DNA from: Amoebophrya sp. A120
Lineage: Eukaryota > Protista > Dinoflagellata
DNA length: 64,000 bases
Assembly: GCA_905178155.1 (NCBI GenBank)
Contig: CAJINV010000008.1
Location: 2,733,303-2,797,302, forward strand
Direction of reading: 5' to 3'
Shown here: piece after piece, positions 48,200 to 60,797 of the stretch
Numbering within the stretch: the first letter of the stretch is position 1
Layout of the letters: every line of letters begins with the position of its first letter
Translations under genes and position numbers: made by a program
Notes under the pieces: model-generated
Told to the model about the DNA's origin: nothing
The model's database searches: none
Seen by the model: only the letters and a program-made list of their open reading frames with translations

Positions 48200-51100
48200 G
48201 GCTGACCCGGTGTGCCTACGAAACTGGGCCGATCCGGGTTGGTTCCGCCCGACGGCTTGTCGTCGTCGTCCTGGTCTTTCCCCTTCTTCTTCAGCGAGCT
48301 ATTCGCGCCTCCTTTCCCCTATCAACCAAAAAAATTGTACACCCATACCATATTCGAAAATATTTGCCGTGCGTGCCGTTTTTTGAGTCCTCATTGGCTG
48401 TTCGGCATGACAAATTCCATTCTTGGCACACTGCCTAAGTGCACTTCGACTTCTCATGCTTATTCCGCATTATATTCTACTTACATATATGCATGGCGGA
48501 AGGTCGCCCGTGTGGCAGATCAGCAGTTTGAGTTTCTTGTGAGAAAAACAAGAGAGAGACACATTCTAATTTTTTGCTGGTATGGCTGTGCTTTTCTTTA
48601 GGTTATCTTTTTTGTGGTCGCCTTGCCATCGGATTCCTCCGGCTCGTCCTTGGTGTGCGCATATGGAGGGGGACAAATATTTTGCTATGGCCTACATGAT
48701 TTTGTATGTGTATCTCAGTCACAGGGACGGGAGTGAATGCATATAGTCGGCAGGACTTGATCTTAAGTGGCAGTTTATTCTACCATGAAGTGCAACATCA
48801 TGTCCAACCTCAATTTATTTTCAGGACATCATACGTTGCCCGAATAAGTATCCATTTTCAAGAACCCAAATGAGTAGGTTTCTTTCCGAAGTAAAAACCT
48901 GAGCATGAGGAAGCTGCGTCCATCAATTGTGAGCAACTATTACTTAGTGCTGCTTCATACATCCTACGCAATATCAAAAGACCTTAGCTCGGTAGCGAAA
49001 GAGGACCAGCTCCCGCGCAAAAGTTCAAAATATCCAAACAAGCGAGGACCATGACAAAATTCTGTCCCCCGCCGTACCGCTCCCGCGCCGGCCTTCTTTT
49101 TGGGCTTGTGCTTCGCGTCCGCCTTGGCCTTGGCCTTTTTCTTGCCGCTCGCCTTTGGCTTGTGCGCGGCGCCGTCCTTGTGCGCGGCATCCTCGTCCTC
49201 CGACTCGTCGGGGGAGCTGTTGCCCGCCCCGTGCTTGGCCTGCTCCTCGATGATCATCTGTGACAGCGTCTGCCGAGCGGGCGGCGGCGGCCCATACTCC
49301 ACATCCGCCTCGGCCACGTTTTGGTGATCCTTGTTGTCGCCCCACTCCGCGGCCCCGTCCGCCTTCCCACCTGCAGCGTTGTCCACTGGCGAGACGTGCG
49401 TGCTTTTGTTCAGCGCGGTGCCCCCGATGCTCGCATTGCTCACGTTCGTCCCCCCGGTCGGGCGGTTGGCGGTAAAGCTCGGACGCTGGCGCGGCTGGGT
49501 GCCCGCTCCCTCCACGGCCGCGCCCGGGCTCGGCTGGGCACCCACCGCCGCACCTGTTGCAGCGACATTTGAAGTCGTGATCGCACCTCCGACGGCTCCT
49601 ACTGTGGCGGCGGCTCCGGGCGGCGCTGCGCCAACCGGTAATGCTCCTGTACTAGCGGCACCAACTCCAGGTGGAGCTCCTGGCGCAGCAGCTCCTCCTG
49701 TTGTACTAGGGCTCACGCCCATGATCCCCCCCACCCCGAGGGCACCCACCTGGCTGGCTTGCTGCGAGCGACGGCTGGCGGCCGCCTGGCTTTGGCTCCG
49801 GCGCGCCGCGGCACGCGCGGTGGCGTCGTCGCTCCCGTAGCAGAGGCAGCACACCACCATCATCCCCATGATCAGCAGCATCGCACCCAGCCCGATCATC
49901 AGCGCGACGGCCGCGGGGAAGGGCATCCCCAGGCACGCCGTCGCGGCGGTCGACAGCAGGGAGGGGGCGATTTTGTTCTTGCACGTCAAGAAGGCCGGGT
50001 GGCTGACCAGTTCCGGCCAGTCGTTGTAGGCGGTCATGAACAGCATGCAGGTCACGTTGAACGGCCCCTCCACCGGCTTTGGTGGGTGGATGCTCCCGTC
50101 GTCCTGCGCAAACCGGGTGGCGTCCATGCTGAACCCGGCACAGTACATGGGGTGGTACTTCTCGCGGTCCGGCTGCTCCAGCTCGGCGTTGTCGCACAGC
50201 GTCCGGCACTGCGCGACCAGGGCGTTCAGCTGTCTCATGTGTGTCATTAACGCCGCCGCGTCGCTGCTTCCGTCCCAGGAACCGGTGAACGGGAGCGGCC
50301 AGTACTCGGCCAAAAACTCCTTCGGTGCCCCGGTCTGAGCGTCCGTGTAGTTTCGGATCTCGTAGCCGTACAGCTTCTTGGGCTCTATCGTGTCATTCAC
50401 GTACTCCGGTCCGCCCAAAATGAAGTTCCTCACAATCAACTGATCGCCGGCGCCCGGACCCGACCCGCCCAGCAATTCGTAGTCTTCGCCGCACGCTTGG
50501 GAGAGAAAGTCCCCCGTTGAGGTGACCGTCGTCGCATTATTTGCTGGTGCGGCATCACCATCCTCTTCGTCTCGTCCGTGCGCTAGAACGACCTTGTTGG
50601 AAGTAGTGGCCCTCCGATTCTGTTGCTTCCGGTTCAACCTCTTTGCGTTTAATATTTCTTGCTCCGTCTTTTGCAGAAGATTATGGTTTTGCTCGTCGTC
50701 CCTTGAAGACAATCCTTCTGCTGTTTCTGCATCTGTTTCGCTCGCTTGATGTTCAACGTGCTGGGGGCCGTCGAGGGGAAGAAAAACTTCTGCATCGATT
50801 TGTGCTTTGCGGTCCTGTGCTGTCAGCTTTTGCACCTCCGCCAAAGACGAAAACGTAGACGCGTTGTTGTCAACTAAAGGGCTGGGAAGCACATCATGTC
50901 GTGCGTAGGCTTCTTGCTGTTGCAAAAATTCCTTGTCGATGGTCTTCTTGTCCCCATCACCTCGTGTAGTCGTCGTAGCGGAGCTCGTAGTTCTGTCGTA
51001 CCCACGCTCGTAGTTTCCTTCCAAATGTTGAACTTCGGAACGATTTTTGCGTATTTTGCTACTTGCAGCCACTCCGTCTTGATTATTTCGGTGGCTGTTA

Positions 51101-52011
51101 TCTGTTCGTCTTTCCCCAGCAGGCGCTTCGAACTGTCCCAGTTCATCCAGCCTGTTCATCGCTGCGCCTGCCTGCAGCACAGTCGAAGAACCGTCGGATA
51201 TTGCGTCCGTAGCTCGGCGTTGTCCGGAATGCGCTTCGTCTTCGTGTTGCGCAGCAACGTCCTGCTCAACAAGCTCCTGGTTCGTCGTGATAACGTTGTT
51301 CGCAGAGTCCTTCGGGAGAGCTCCTAACGCCAGCTGCTCTCGTTCACTTTCCTCCTTCTTGTTTTTACCATGTAGCGAATATGAAGAGGCGGGAACATCA
51401 GCTGCCTTTTTCTTATCGTCTCCACTTGTTTCCTCGCCAGGTGCCGTTCGGATAATTTGCTTTCGAGTTACAAACCTTCTGTGCCTCACTTTCGCATCCT
51501 TCTGAGTCTTCGCCTGCAACTGGTACGCCGAGGCGACCAGGGACGTTGTCGGTCGAGAAGTCTTAGTACTGCAAGTGCCATCTCTCCTGGGCTTCAGCGA
51601 CGAGCGCCTCGACGCACTGGCGCAACGAGGACACGCGGACCACTTCGGTTGACTGCAGCCACTGCTTCTGTTTTTACCGTCCTGCAGCTCTTTGGCCGCC
51701 GCAGCTTCGTTGCCAGAATAAAGGGAGAAAATGATATTACCGGTTCTTTCAGGAACATGAACATCTTGATCTTCACACAAGCTCGTTGTCCCGAACAAGT
51801 TGTCAAACGCTTGTTGTACCGCCCCAAGATCGACTTGTTGCAAACTTGTAGCCAGGAGACACACGCGCGCGACTGCTTTCCGACCTGATCTGCTGTCCGA
51901 CTGCTTTCCGACGTTTGAAGGCCACCCGCTCGTGCTGGGATTGATCTTTTCACCCGTCATTTTCTTCCCGCCCTGACGCCACGAGGACGCGGGCGGGCAC
52001 GAGGGGGACAT
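48200..52011 (-). CDS. PAN/Apple-like type I membrane protein, paralog 2 (3' end uncertain)
   Basis: QACGEDY...QCRTLC..YCAGFSM..VTCMLF..FLTC, then TM (AAVALMIGLGAMLLIMGMMVVCCLC) and a low-complexity tail continuing across two elements. Confidence 0.7.
48320..48582. mobile_element. Degenerate introner in PAN-like paralog 2
   Basis: TIR taccagcaaaaaatt vs tatcaaccaaaaaaatt; flanks AGCCA/GGGGA; element+5 removal gives KKSTA-KGGANSS. Confidence 0.55.
48662..49076. mobile_element. Introner in PAN-like paralog 2
   Basis: TIR tacggcgggggacagaattttgtcatgg vs tatggagggggacaaatattttgctatgg; flanks AGCGG/TGCGC; removal is in frame (AGA-(H/D)TKDEPEE). Confidence 0.8.
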
Positions 52012-54050
52012 AGCCGGGGACGGGAAGTATTTCCTTGCTTATTGAGAACAAAAAATCAAGAGGAGGACGCGTCTGGAATTAATGCGCTAGACCGGAAATC
52101 GGTCCGACACAGAGCGTCCATCAGAAATGAATCCTAAACGATGTAGTGGGTGTGGCATATAATTCCTAAAACTTTACTTCCTGAGCTGGTACAACTTAGT
52201 AGTTATTGATTGGTCTAGTCACAAAAAATGGGGAAGATTTCATGATGAAAGGGGGTTGTTAATAGACCTGCTGTGGGAAAAAGCGAAAGCACGTGCATGT
52301 TCAACATTAACGACATTTTTGAAACGTCAAGTGAACGCAAAGACGAAGAGACAAATTCAGGAATAACGCACGGTGTACGTCAGATCTCTTCTTCAGTCGA
52401 AGAGTAATACTATGCAAATCACGATACACTGCTACCGAGTTCACGATACCTTGCGCGCAGGCGCAGGAGCACAGAACGTACTTGTAAAAAGTCAACCGCA
52501 CGAATTTGAACGAAAGCAGGCTGATTCCTTGTCCAGTGTACGACAAGCGACTAGGAACGACACAGAAGTTCTTGCCGCAATGCTAGTTCCAAATACGCAA
52601 CCGATCAGATTCGGACGAAGACCGAGTTTTTTATACCTTGACTACCTTTTCTAGAGGCTTACGGCAACACCAACAAGACTCGTAGTTGCGTATGCACAGT
52701 TGGCAGCTACAGCACCGAGCGCTGCTCTAACTACCGAAGAGGGGAAGAAAAAAGGGCAGGAATTGAGGTTTACTTCACGTATCTTCGACAGTGAATGCAT
52801 AAATGCTACACAGAATGCTCCGCTTCGGTGAGGAAAGACAAATGGACGAACAGCACGTTTCTGTCAAGTGAAGACCACAAATATGGCTCCAGAGTGGCCG
52901 TCTGCAGGAGATACATAAGTACACCTACAATAGTTCGATGCATTTAGAATTTGAAAATGAGTTGTTGGACTTGAAACTCAAACTGTGCGATCAGAGGATG
53001 GTCCAGAAAATGAAATTGTTCAGATATATAAGCATACGTATAACAAGTCTGAAAATTATTGAGCGTAAAAAAAGTCATCGGCGCTAGCACGAACGAAACA
53101 AAGGCGCAAAAACAATATCGAAACGACCTGCCGACGTCAACTAGAGCCGACCACGGCTACGTTCGATATTGGTTGTCATATTTTAATCTGCCGAATTTTT
53201 TTCCATTGAACCCAAACAATACAGCGAAGATGGTGATGATGATCTTAGCACATCACACAGGTTGTATTTGAAACATACATACATACACCTTCTACACAGT
53301 ACCTTTTCGAATACCGCGTGGATAGAAGCAATTCACAAAAGGAGTCGAAAAAGCAAGACCATAATTGACCATCACTAGCGGCCTTTTGCTGCAGAATAGC
53401 ACTAGTAGTACTAGCTGACGAAAATAACAAGTTATATCAATTCCAGCTATTTTTCCCGGCCCCAGAACCTTACACAGCGCGCTACTTCGGCTGCTTTCTG
53501 CCACAAAAAATGAAATACAGGTATGTACATAGTGCTTTGGACCCGATAATCTTCCCTTTACCTTTTCGAATGCGTCATAATTATCAACTAGACCACGGAC
53601 AAGGGAAGTATCAAAAACTGATGCAGTAGACCACACCATTAGTTTTCAAACCCTTCCCTTTTGCCGGCTGGATCTTGCGAAAGACAGATAGATGAATACG
53701 AAAAACCGATTCAAAATCATTCATTATCGTCTTTCGCTTTGGACATTTTTTCTACTTATCATCTTGATTTTTACAAAGAGAAAGAATAGTAGTCGGAAAA
53801 TTTGTTTTCACGGAAACTTGAACGAGCCTGGACGACGAGAAAGTTACGTCATCTCCTGAGCCAGTGACGAATAGTCCTCGGCTGGATAAAGCAATTCGAT
53901 CAGAGCGGATGCAGGTTGATAACCAGTGCGCAAGAACGGTTGATTGTTTAAACAACACCACGAGTTCTAGTATTTTTCCCTACATCTCGTGTATAATAGC
54001 ACCAGCATAAAAAATAAAAGCACTTGCTTTTAGGAATTTAATGTAGCCGG

Positions 54051-57000
54051 CTACGACCTGAGTGCCATTGCGGCGCTGCGGTGCCCCTTCCTCGGACTGG
54101 CAATCGCTTCTCCGTTTTTGATTTGCTGCCGGTTGTAGCGCATGTTCAGGAAAACGCCGAAGGCGACGACGAACACTCCCAACACGCGCGAAGTCGTGAG
54201 CGATCGCTGTTGCAGGCCGATCCATCCAAATTGGTCGAAAGGCATGGATCCCACCAACTGACCGAGCAGAATCAACAGCCACAGCATCGTTTGCCCAATG
54301 CGGGGCCCGATCACGCAACTTTGGTAAACGCAAAACGCGCCGATTAAACCTTCGGAGTTTGTTTTTTAGGGAGAGATCATGGTTTTTCTAGTCTTCATTC
54401 CTTTTCCTGCTTCCTCGTCGCACAACTGTACGTAGTACTTAGCTCACGTAAAGAAGAATCATTATAGGCACGATAATTGGCAGGTCTGTGCATATTATCC
54501 AAAAGACCGCTTTCCCCCGCCAAATAAAGAAGCCAAACCCTGCTATTGAAAGAACATGAAAATAACTACCATACCTGGCGCAAACATCCAAACTGGCACT
54601 GGTTTTTCCACGGGCGCAAGCGGGTAGTCCCAGCCGAGAAATACGACAGTGGAAGCCATCGACGCGCCGATGAAGCTGACCAGTGCGCCACTGTCGTTGC
54701 TCGCAAAGCATCGCCGGGCCGCCGCGTTCACCGAGGCCTGGATCGGAAGGCACACGCCGCCAAAAAAGGCCAGCACCATGAAAGGCAGCGTGTGCTGCCA
54801 GAAGTCCTCCTCCGTCTTCTGGTGGTCCTGCTGCTCTCCGTGTAGTTCATGAGCACGGCCCGGAGCAGAGGGGGAGACCGTTGCCGAAGCAGCCGCTGTG
54901 GACGGCGACGCTCCAGCGGACGACGAGGTTCCCGACGGGGACACTTCTGCCTCTAGTCGGAGGTGGTGTTGGACCGTTGCAGTAGAAGCGGAAGGCGGTG
55001 CTGACCGACCGGCGGGAGAGGAAGCTGTGCTGCCAGCACTGGCAGTAGAGGAGAAGGTGCTGATCACGACCAAAAGAACGCCGCCCCCAACTACCAAAAT
55101 CGCGGTCAGCTTGCCCGCATTCAGCGGGCGGCGCGGCAACCCCGCAAAGCCCTTGTGGTCGCACAGCATGCTAGAAGACAGTTGGCCGGCCGCGTTGATC
55201 AGGAAAAAAGCGACGCACCCGATCTTGGAAATTGTCAAAAACGCGGTAGTCACGATAAACACACCAATGGGGCCCCCGAGCAGCTTCCAAATCTTGATTT
55301 GCTCCCGCGGGTGCTCTTCGCGTACTTTGGTTTTGATCTCCACCACGTGGAGCGGATTGTTGGCCGCGACCGCAGTAAAGTTCTTTGCTTGCGAACTTTG
55401 ATCTACTAGATTTTGTACGACAGTGGCTCCGGGAGATGTAACGAGAAGGTGGTCCTTGCCGCCAGTAACGCTTTTCAGTTCGTACGAAGGAGTTGACGAT
55501 GTTTCCGCTGATGTATCTTCAGAGGGGACACCACCTTTCATCACCTTTTTGGTGCAAGCAACGACTTTCGGCGACTCCTTCAGCGACGCTCTCCGCCCCA
55601 CGTCTAGGTTCAACCGAAACAGGAGCCCGATGTTGGGGATTTGATGCTTTTTCTTCGGAGCTCCTGCGTGACTGTGCTGCACCGACTGGTGGCTCACCTC
55701 TTGCGATTGGCTCCGCGCACAGATGATGTTATTTTTACCAACGGGGGACAGCGCTGAAAAATCGTCCTCGCTGCCACTCGACGTCCTGTGAGGTTCTCCT
55801 TTGTCGTGTGCGAGAACTTCGGTGGTCGTGCTGTCGTGTGGGAACAAAACCGGATCCGACTGCTTCGCCTTACTTGCTCTTGATGAAGCGAAGCTCGTAC
55901 TCATGGATGCCGGTGCAGGTGCTGTGCCCGTCGCTGCGGTGTGCTGACTTGACGTCATTTGATGTTGTTCCAACGTCCGGTCGCTGCCAGATGAACTACT
56001 TGTTTGCGTATCATTCTGCTCTCTCGTCGCTGGACGAGAGTCTTCCTGTTCAACGTCCGGGTCCTCCAAAAAAAGTTGGTCGAGTCCGCGCTTCTTCGCT
56101 GGTCGGCCCGCCGCCATCTTGGCGGCAAAATCCACGCCAGACAGGGGGTTTGCAGCGGAACTACTGGTGGTCGTGAGAGCACCACCAAGGCAGCTGCTCT
56201 TTAGTTCAACTACACTGTTCAGGCTGTCGACTTCGCTTGAACACAGAAACTGGTATGTGTCTGGGGGCGTCTCTAGCACAAAATTGTCTTCTGGATCCGA
56301 GGTACTGCCGACTAGTCCTGTTCCTTCAGCATGATCCTGAAGACGATCTCCTCCAAGAGCTCCGTGGGCGTTATTAGCAGAAATGCTGTTCGCGGTGGAA
56401 CGACCACCAGCACGCGCAGAATCTTGGGAAGGACAGTTCTGGATGCCCGAGGAGGTGGTGGTGGTTTCGGTCTTGACACTGGTCATGGTGTGCGCGTTCT
56501 GATCCACGACTTTGAGGAACGAAAGTTTATTGTTCCTCTCATCGGAGGAAGCTGCACCCCCAGAACTCCGCCCAGACGAGGAGGATGCAACCGACGGCGT
56601 AGATGAAACCCCGGATGTTGATATCCTCGCAGCTGCAGCTGGTGCCCCTTTGTAGACTTCGACTTCGTGAAGATTTTGAACACTTTCTCCCCCGTCCGGA
56701 GGTACGCAGGTGCTGCACGTGCTCACTTGGTTGCGCCGGTCGAGGTCGTTTTTCCCGAGCTCGAGTTCCTCGTCTTTACTGGGTATGAGGACTGGATTGG
56801 TATTAGTCCCTTTATTAATATTGTTCCGCTTCAACACCGGACTGCCCGTCTGCTGCTCGGGCGTGACTTTATCGCTCGCAGCATGGCACGGTCCAGTCGA
56901 ACTTGTGGCGCTGGACGTCGTTGAGGCGCACGCGACGTCCGACAAGGAAGTCGTACTACAAGTCGTGGTCGAAGAGGACAATAATTCGTCCCAGGCGTTC

Positions 57001-57599
57001 TGCGTCTTTCTCGTGGTGTACACTTTTCCGGACAGCCACAAAACCGATTTGACGACCAGAAGACAGCTCAACGCGTATCCTGCCGAAACAAGTTAGTAGC
57101 CAACACCCAAATTATTTTATCTGCGGCATGAAAGAATGTCAAGACCATGCGCCAGGCGATTTGCTGAGTACACAAGTGTTGCTGGCCAGCAATCTCCATT
57201 TTGGGTGCTGTGAGTGGCAAATTATTGGATTTGGGGGTGTAGGATAGGAATCGAAGCTGGCGCTGGCTATACAAGAGCCACATCAGGAAAAATTCGCTCT
57301 TTTTTTATTCCTGATTGAAGGAGCAGAGCCTTTAATAGCTATGCCTCTCATGCATAGGTGCAACTACAGAGACGTTCGGTACCGTCTCTGGACAACATGC
57401 AAATCTCCATGACAAATACTTTCTGGGTCGTGGTTAAGTACTACTTCTTTACACAGGATAATGCGCCGAGCATGTTGAGCATGGCCGCGAAGGGTGCGGA
57501 CTGAAAAGTCGCCGCGAGACGCGCGCCGATCGCACCATGTAGCGCCAACAGCATCCCCGCCGCTAGCGGGATTGCGTGCTCCAGAACCGTGAGAAGCAT
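54051..57599 (-). CDS. Tandem YdcZ/DUF606 (DMT superfamily) transporter-like protein with a very large low-complexity insert
   Basis: Domain 1: AAGMLLALHGAIGARLA..AAMLNMLG ... WKLLGGPIG..IG..AGQLSSSMLCDHKG. Domain 2: GGVCLPIQASVN..ALVSFIG..WMFAPGLIGAF..RIG..LGQLVGSMPFDQFG. One introner and one GT-AG intron. Confidence 0.75.
57076..57460. mobile_element. Introner in the YdcZ-like gene
   Basis: TIR tatcctgtgtaaagaagtagta vs tatcctgccgaaacaagttagta; TSD CGCAT/CGCGT; removal gives MLGA-LSCLLVV. Confidence 0.9.
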
Positions 57600-59015
57600 C
57601 GTTTTCCTCAATCAAAACTAGTAAGTTCTTTGATCAATGCGGAAGATGGAGCTTTTCCAAGAGCGGGGGAAAATTGATTCAGATTTCTCCGGAATGAATT
57701 TTTACAACTTGTTACTGTTAGTACGAGGTAGTCATAACTGGGAAATTACTGCAGTAATGTCATCTCGTTGTGAGTAGCAATGCATACTATGCGGCACGCA
57801 AGGAGTCCAACGGTTTTATCACAAATGTCGTCATTTGGAATGCGTTGTTTCATTGCTATGCAACTGTTGTATTCAACCGACAAACTTCAGGCAGTACAGA
57901 GTATGAAAATCATGCGCGTGCTGACATTCGAGCGCGTTGTAATTATGGGTTGTACAACAGATTATGCGATGTAAGACTATGCGTGTGGAAAATAAAAGCA
58001 AAACTATGGTGCGTAAGTGTCGGGTAAGGATGTTTTAGAGATGCAGAGACAAAATGGCAAAGACTACTTCAGAGGTACTACCTCGAGGGTGAGGTTTGCG
58101 TCAGAAAGCATCATATCTACCTGGCTGACAATTTTGTTGGTTTCAAATAAATCGGCATGTTGTTAATACGTTGCTCCCCAACGAAACTCAAATTCTCTCA
58201 TAGACAACAATACAGGATGCGCGACTAGTATAATTCTTCTTCTGGCGCCAATCTTATGTCCTCCAATCGGAAAAAACACTCGTCAGACAAAAAACCAACA
58301 GAGTAATTACTTACTGCCTCGAGGATATCATTCGCTCAGCTTCGGTCCTCACAAATAAAACAATGCCACGCACAGTGCAATGTTCTTCCTGCTCAGAATA
58401 AAAGCGAGCGACTCTGTTCTCTCCACCGCAAATTGATGCAAAAACGGAGACCGACGGAAGAGACTGCATTCTATAACTTTTGATGTACAGTGTAATCTGG
58501 TGATAACCGACAGCATTTCTTGATCACCGAGATGAAATAGATCGTCTCACGAAAACTACTACGGATTGCAGACACCCCTGGGTCGTTGGGAACATTGCAC
58601 AGACCTGTCCCGCACGCATTGCATGAACCGCAAAGTCTGGAGTTCAAGGTTTAGCATCACAGGCTTAATTGCAACTGGTGAGGCTTTGCAACTTTCAAAT
58701 GCAGTTGATGCAAGATGCGTTTGTTGAAGAAGTAGAAGTGCCTTGGAGGCACGCTGCAAATAAAACCAGCTAGGACAAAATACTTACTGAACGACACAAA
58801 TGACTTTCTAAATCGAAAAAGGAGTCCTCACAAATGCGAGTGCCGATTATTTGCAAGAAAAAAATAAGGTAGATTTCCTATGTCGCATCCCTTGTCGATG
58901 TTTGCTTTCCCGCTGCGTCTTCTCACGTCGATCACTGCATCCTCTCACGTCGTATGCTCGCCATACCCTGCTCCAGAAGAGATCCACTCTATCAAAACGC
59001 TCGCATTTTGTGCTA

Positions 59016-60797
59016 TCACTTATGCCGCCCCTTCCCTCCTCTTCGGCCGCCCCGGCCCCGCGGAGTGCTCGGCATCGAAGCCGGAGGTGATGGCTGGTGC
59101 TGTTCCGGGGCGAACTGCAGCATCGCACTGGCCCGGTTCAGCTGCATCGGGTCTACTCCCACGGAATGGGCCGAGGCTACTGACACTCGGGGACTCCCGG
59201 CGTGCGGCGAACCTCCCGCCATGGAAACCCGTCCGGAGATCCGGGGATAATGACTGGAAGCAGCGACGTCGCTCACTCCGCTCACTCGAGGTTGCAGCCC
59301 GGAATTGTACGGCATCGAACCACCCCCGTAGTGCGTCGAGCCTGCACTAAGGTTGGTAAAGTCGTCCTGCTGGTGTCGGCAGACCAAGAGAACAGGGATC
59401 GCGATGATGATTACTACCAACAGTACGCCTAACACCGTGAACATCACCCAGTACTCGGCCAAAATTTCCGAAAAGGTCTTCTGCTGCTTCTGGGGTGCGA
59501 TTTCGGTGGGGTCCGGCACGCTCGTCCGCTGGCAAGTCAGCAGATCCCGCGTGTCGCGCAGCGGCGTGGGCCACTTGTCAACCTCGCTGAAAAACATCCA
59601 ACAGGTCACTTTCACCATTTGACGTGCCCGTTGCTGAAGGAGAGTCTGCTCAGGAACAACAGGCGGAACAAGTGTAGGATCTTCCTCTACTTCTCCCACG
59701 ACAGCCGATGCCGAAGTAGATCCTACACGAAATAAAGGGTCGACGTCCTGCTCACCTGCTAGTTGTACTCCTTCTTGGTGGTGCGACCTGCTATTTAGTA
59801 CTTGAGTGGTGGTGCTCGTGGTCTCCTTGCTGAGAGAAGTTTCTTTGCCTTTTTGCTTGTTTTCTTCGACCAGGATTTTTGCTCCTCCAGAAGTGGTTCT
59901 TTCACTTGCTCCTCCAGAAGTTGTAGCTGCACTGGTGCTCCTTCGCTCCGATTGCGTCCTCTGCAGCAGCTTCTCGGAAACAAGATCAATTTGGGAAAAA
60001 CTACTGGTGCTTGCGGCAGAAGTGTTGTTTTTACCCTGCGCCGTGCTGGTTTCTGCACCACCGGAAGTCGTCGTGTTACTCCTTCTATCCTCGACTGGGG
60101 CTTGTGACGCGAGCTCTTCGGCGGTGAAACTGCCGAACTCCAGCGAAAAGCCGCCACAGGGCAGGTCAGTCCGGGTCCGGGCGAACCAGAGACACATGTT
60201 CCCGCACGTGTGGGAAAGTCGAAACCCGTCAACCGCGTCGTACTCCAGGGACAGCGTTTTCGCATACACTTGCGCCGTCCCTCCATCCTGCACTTGCAAC
60301 TCGTACTCTTGAATGCCGTGGTGCGGATCCGTCCCGGGGCTGCCCAGCATGTCCGCCCGCAACACCGTGTTGCCCGCGAGGACGGTGCCCGTCTGCGTGA
60401 ATAACGAGGTCTCTAGCTTCGCGGTATCGCGGCATAAGTCTTGCTCTCTGGCCAGTGCATCTAACATATTGGATGGAAGCAGCGGATTCTCGTCTGACTG
60501 TATTTTTTGCCCTTTCTTTTTATTCTCATGTTCGGCCGCGACGGCTTCTGTTTCGTGATTCTCGGTTCCCTCTCCCAAATCCTGCTGTGCCTGCGCCGCC
60601 TCGTCCACTCGTTCCGTCGCAGTCGCATATGCTCCGGCTATCGTGCCTATCTGATACAACGCGACATAATTTTGTTGAAACTGCGCCCCGTCCAAGAAAA
60701 CGGTCGCGATCCCAAACTTTCGGCAAAAGCGGAAGAGCGTGGCTGGTAGGACGTGATTGCGGTGGGTTCTTATCATCTTCAAAGAAATTGTGTGCAA
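59016..60797 (-). CDS. PAN/Apple-like type I membrane protein, paralog 3 (start uncertain)
   Basis: DLCRDT...TCGNMC..LPCGGFSL..VTCWMFF..DLLTC, then TM (WVMFTVLGVLLVVIIIAIPVLLVC) and a cytoplasmic tail. Confidence 0.7.
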   Translation of the reverse strand: MHTISLKMIRTHRNHVLPATLFRFCRKFGIATVFLDGAQFQQNYVALYQIGTIAGAYATATERVDEAAQAQQDLGEGTENHETEAVAAEHENKKKGQKIQSDENPLLPSNMLDALAREQDLCRDTAKLETSLFTQTGTVLAGNTVLRADMLGSPGTDPHHGIQEYELQVQDGGTAQVYAKTLSLEYDAVDGFRLSHTCGNMCLWFARTRTDLPCGGFSLEFGSFTAEELASQAPVEDRRSNTTTSGGAETSTAQGKNNTSAASTSSFSQIDLVSEKLLQRTQSERRSTSAATTSGGASERTTSGGAKILVEENKQKGKETSLSKETTSTTTQVLNSRSHHQEGVQLAGEQDVDPLFRVGSTSASAVVGEVEEDPTLVPPVVPEQTLLQQRARQMVKVTCWMFFSEVDKWPTPLRDTRDLLTCQRTSVPDPTEIAPQKQQKTFSEILAEYWVMFTVLGVLLVVIIIAIPVLLVCRHQQDDFTNLSAGSTHYGGGSMPYNSGLQPRVSGVSDVAASSHYPRISGRVSMAGGSPHAGSPRVSVASAHSVGVDPMQLNRASAMLQFAPEQHQPSPPASMPSTPRGRGGRRGGKGRHK

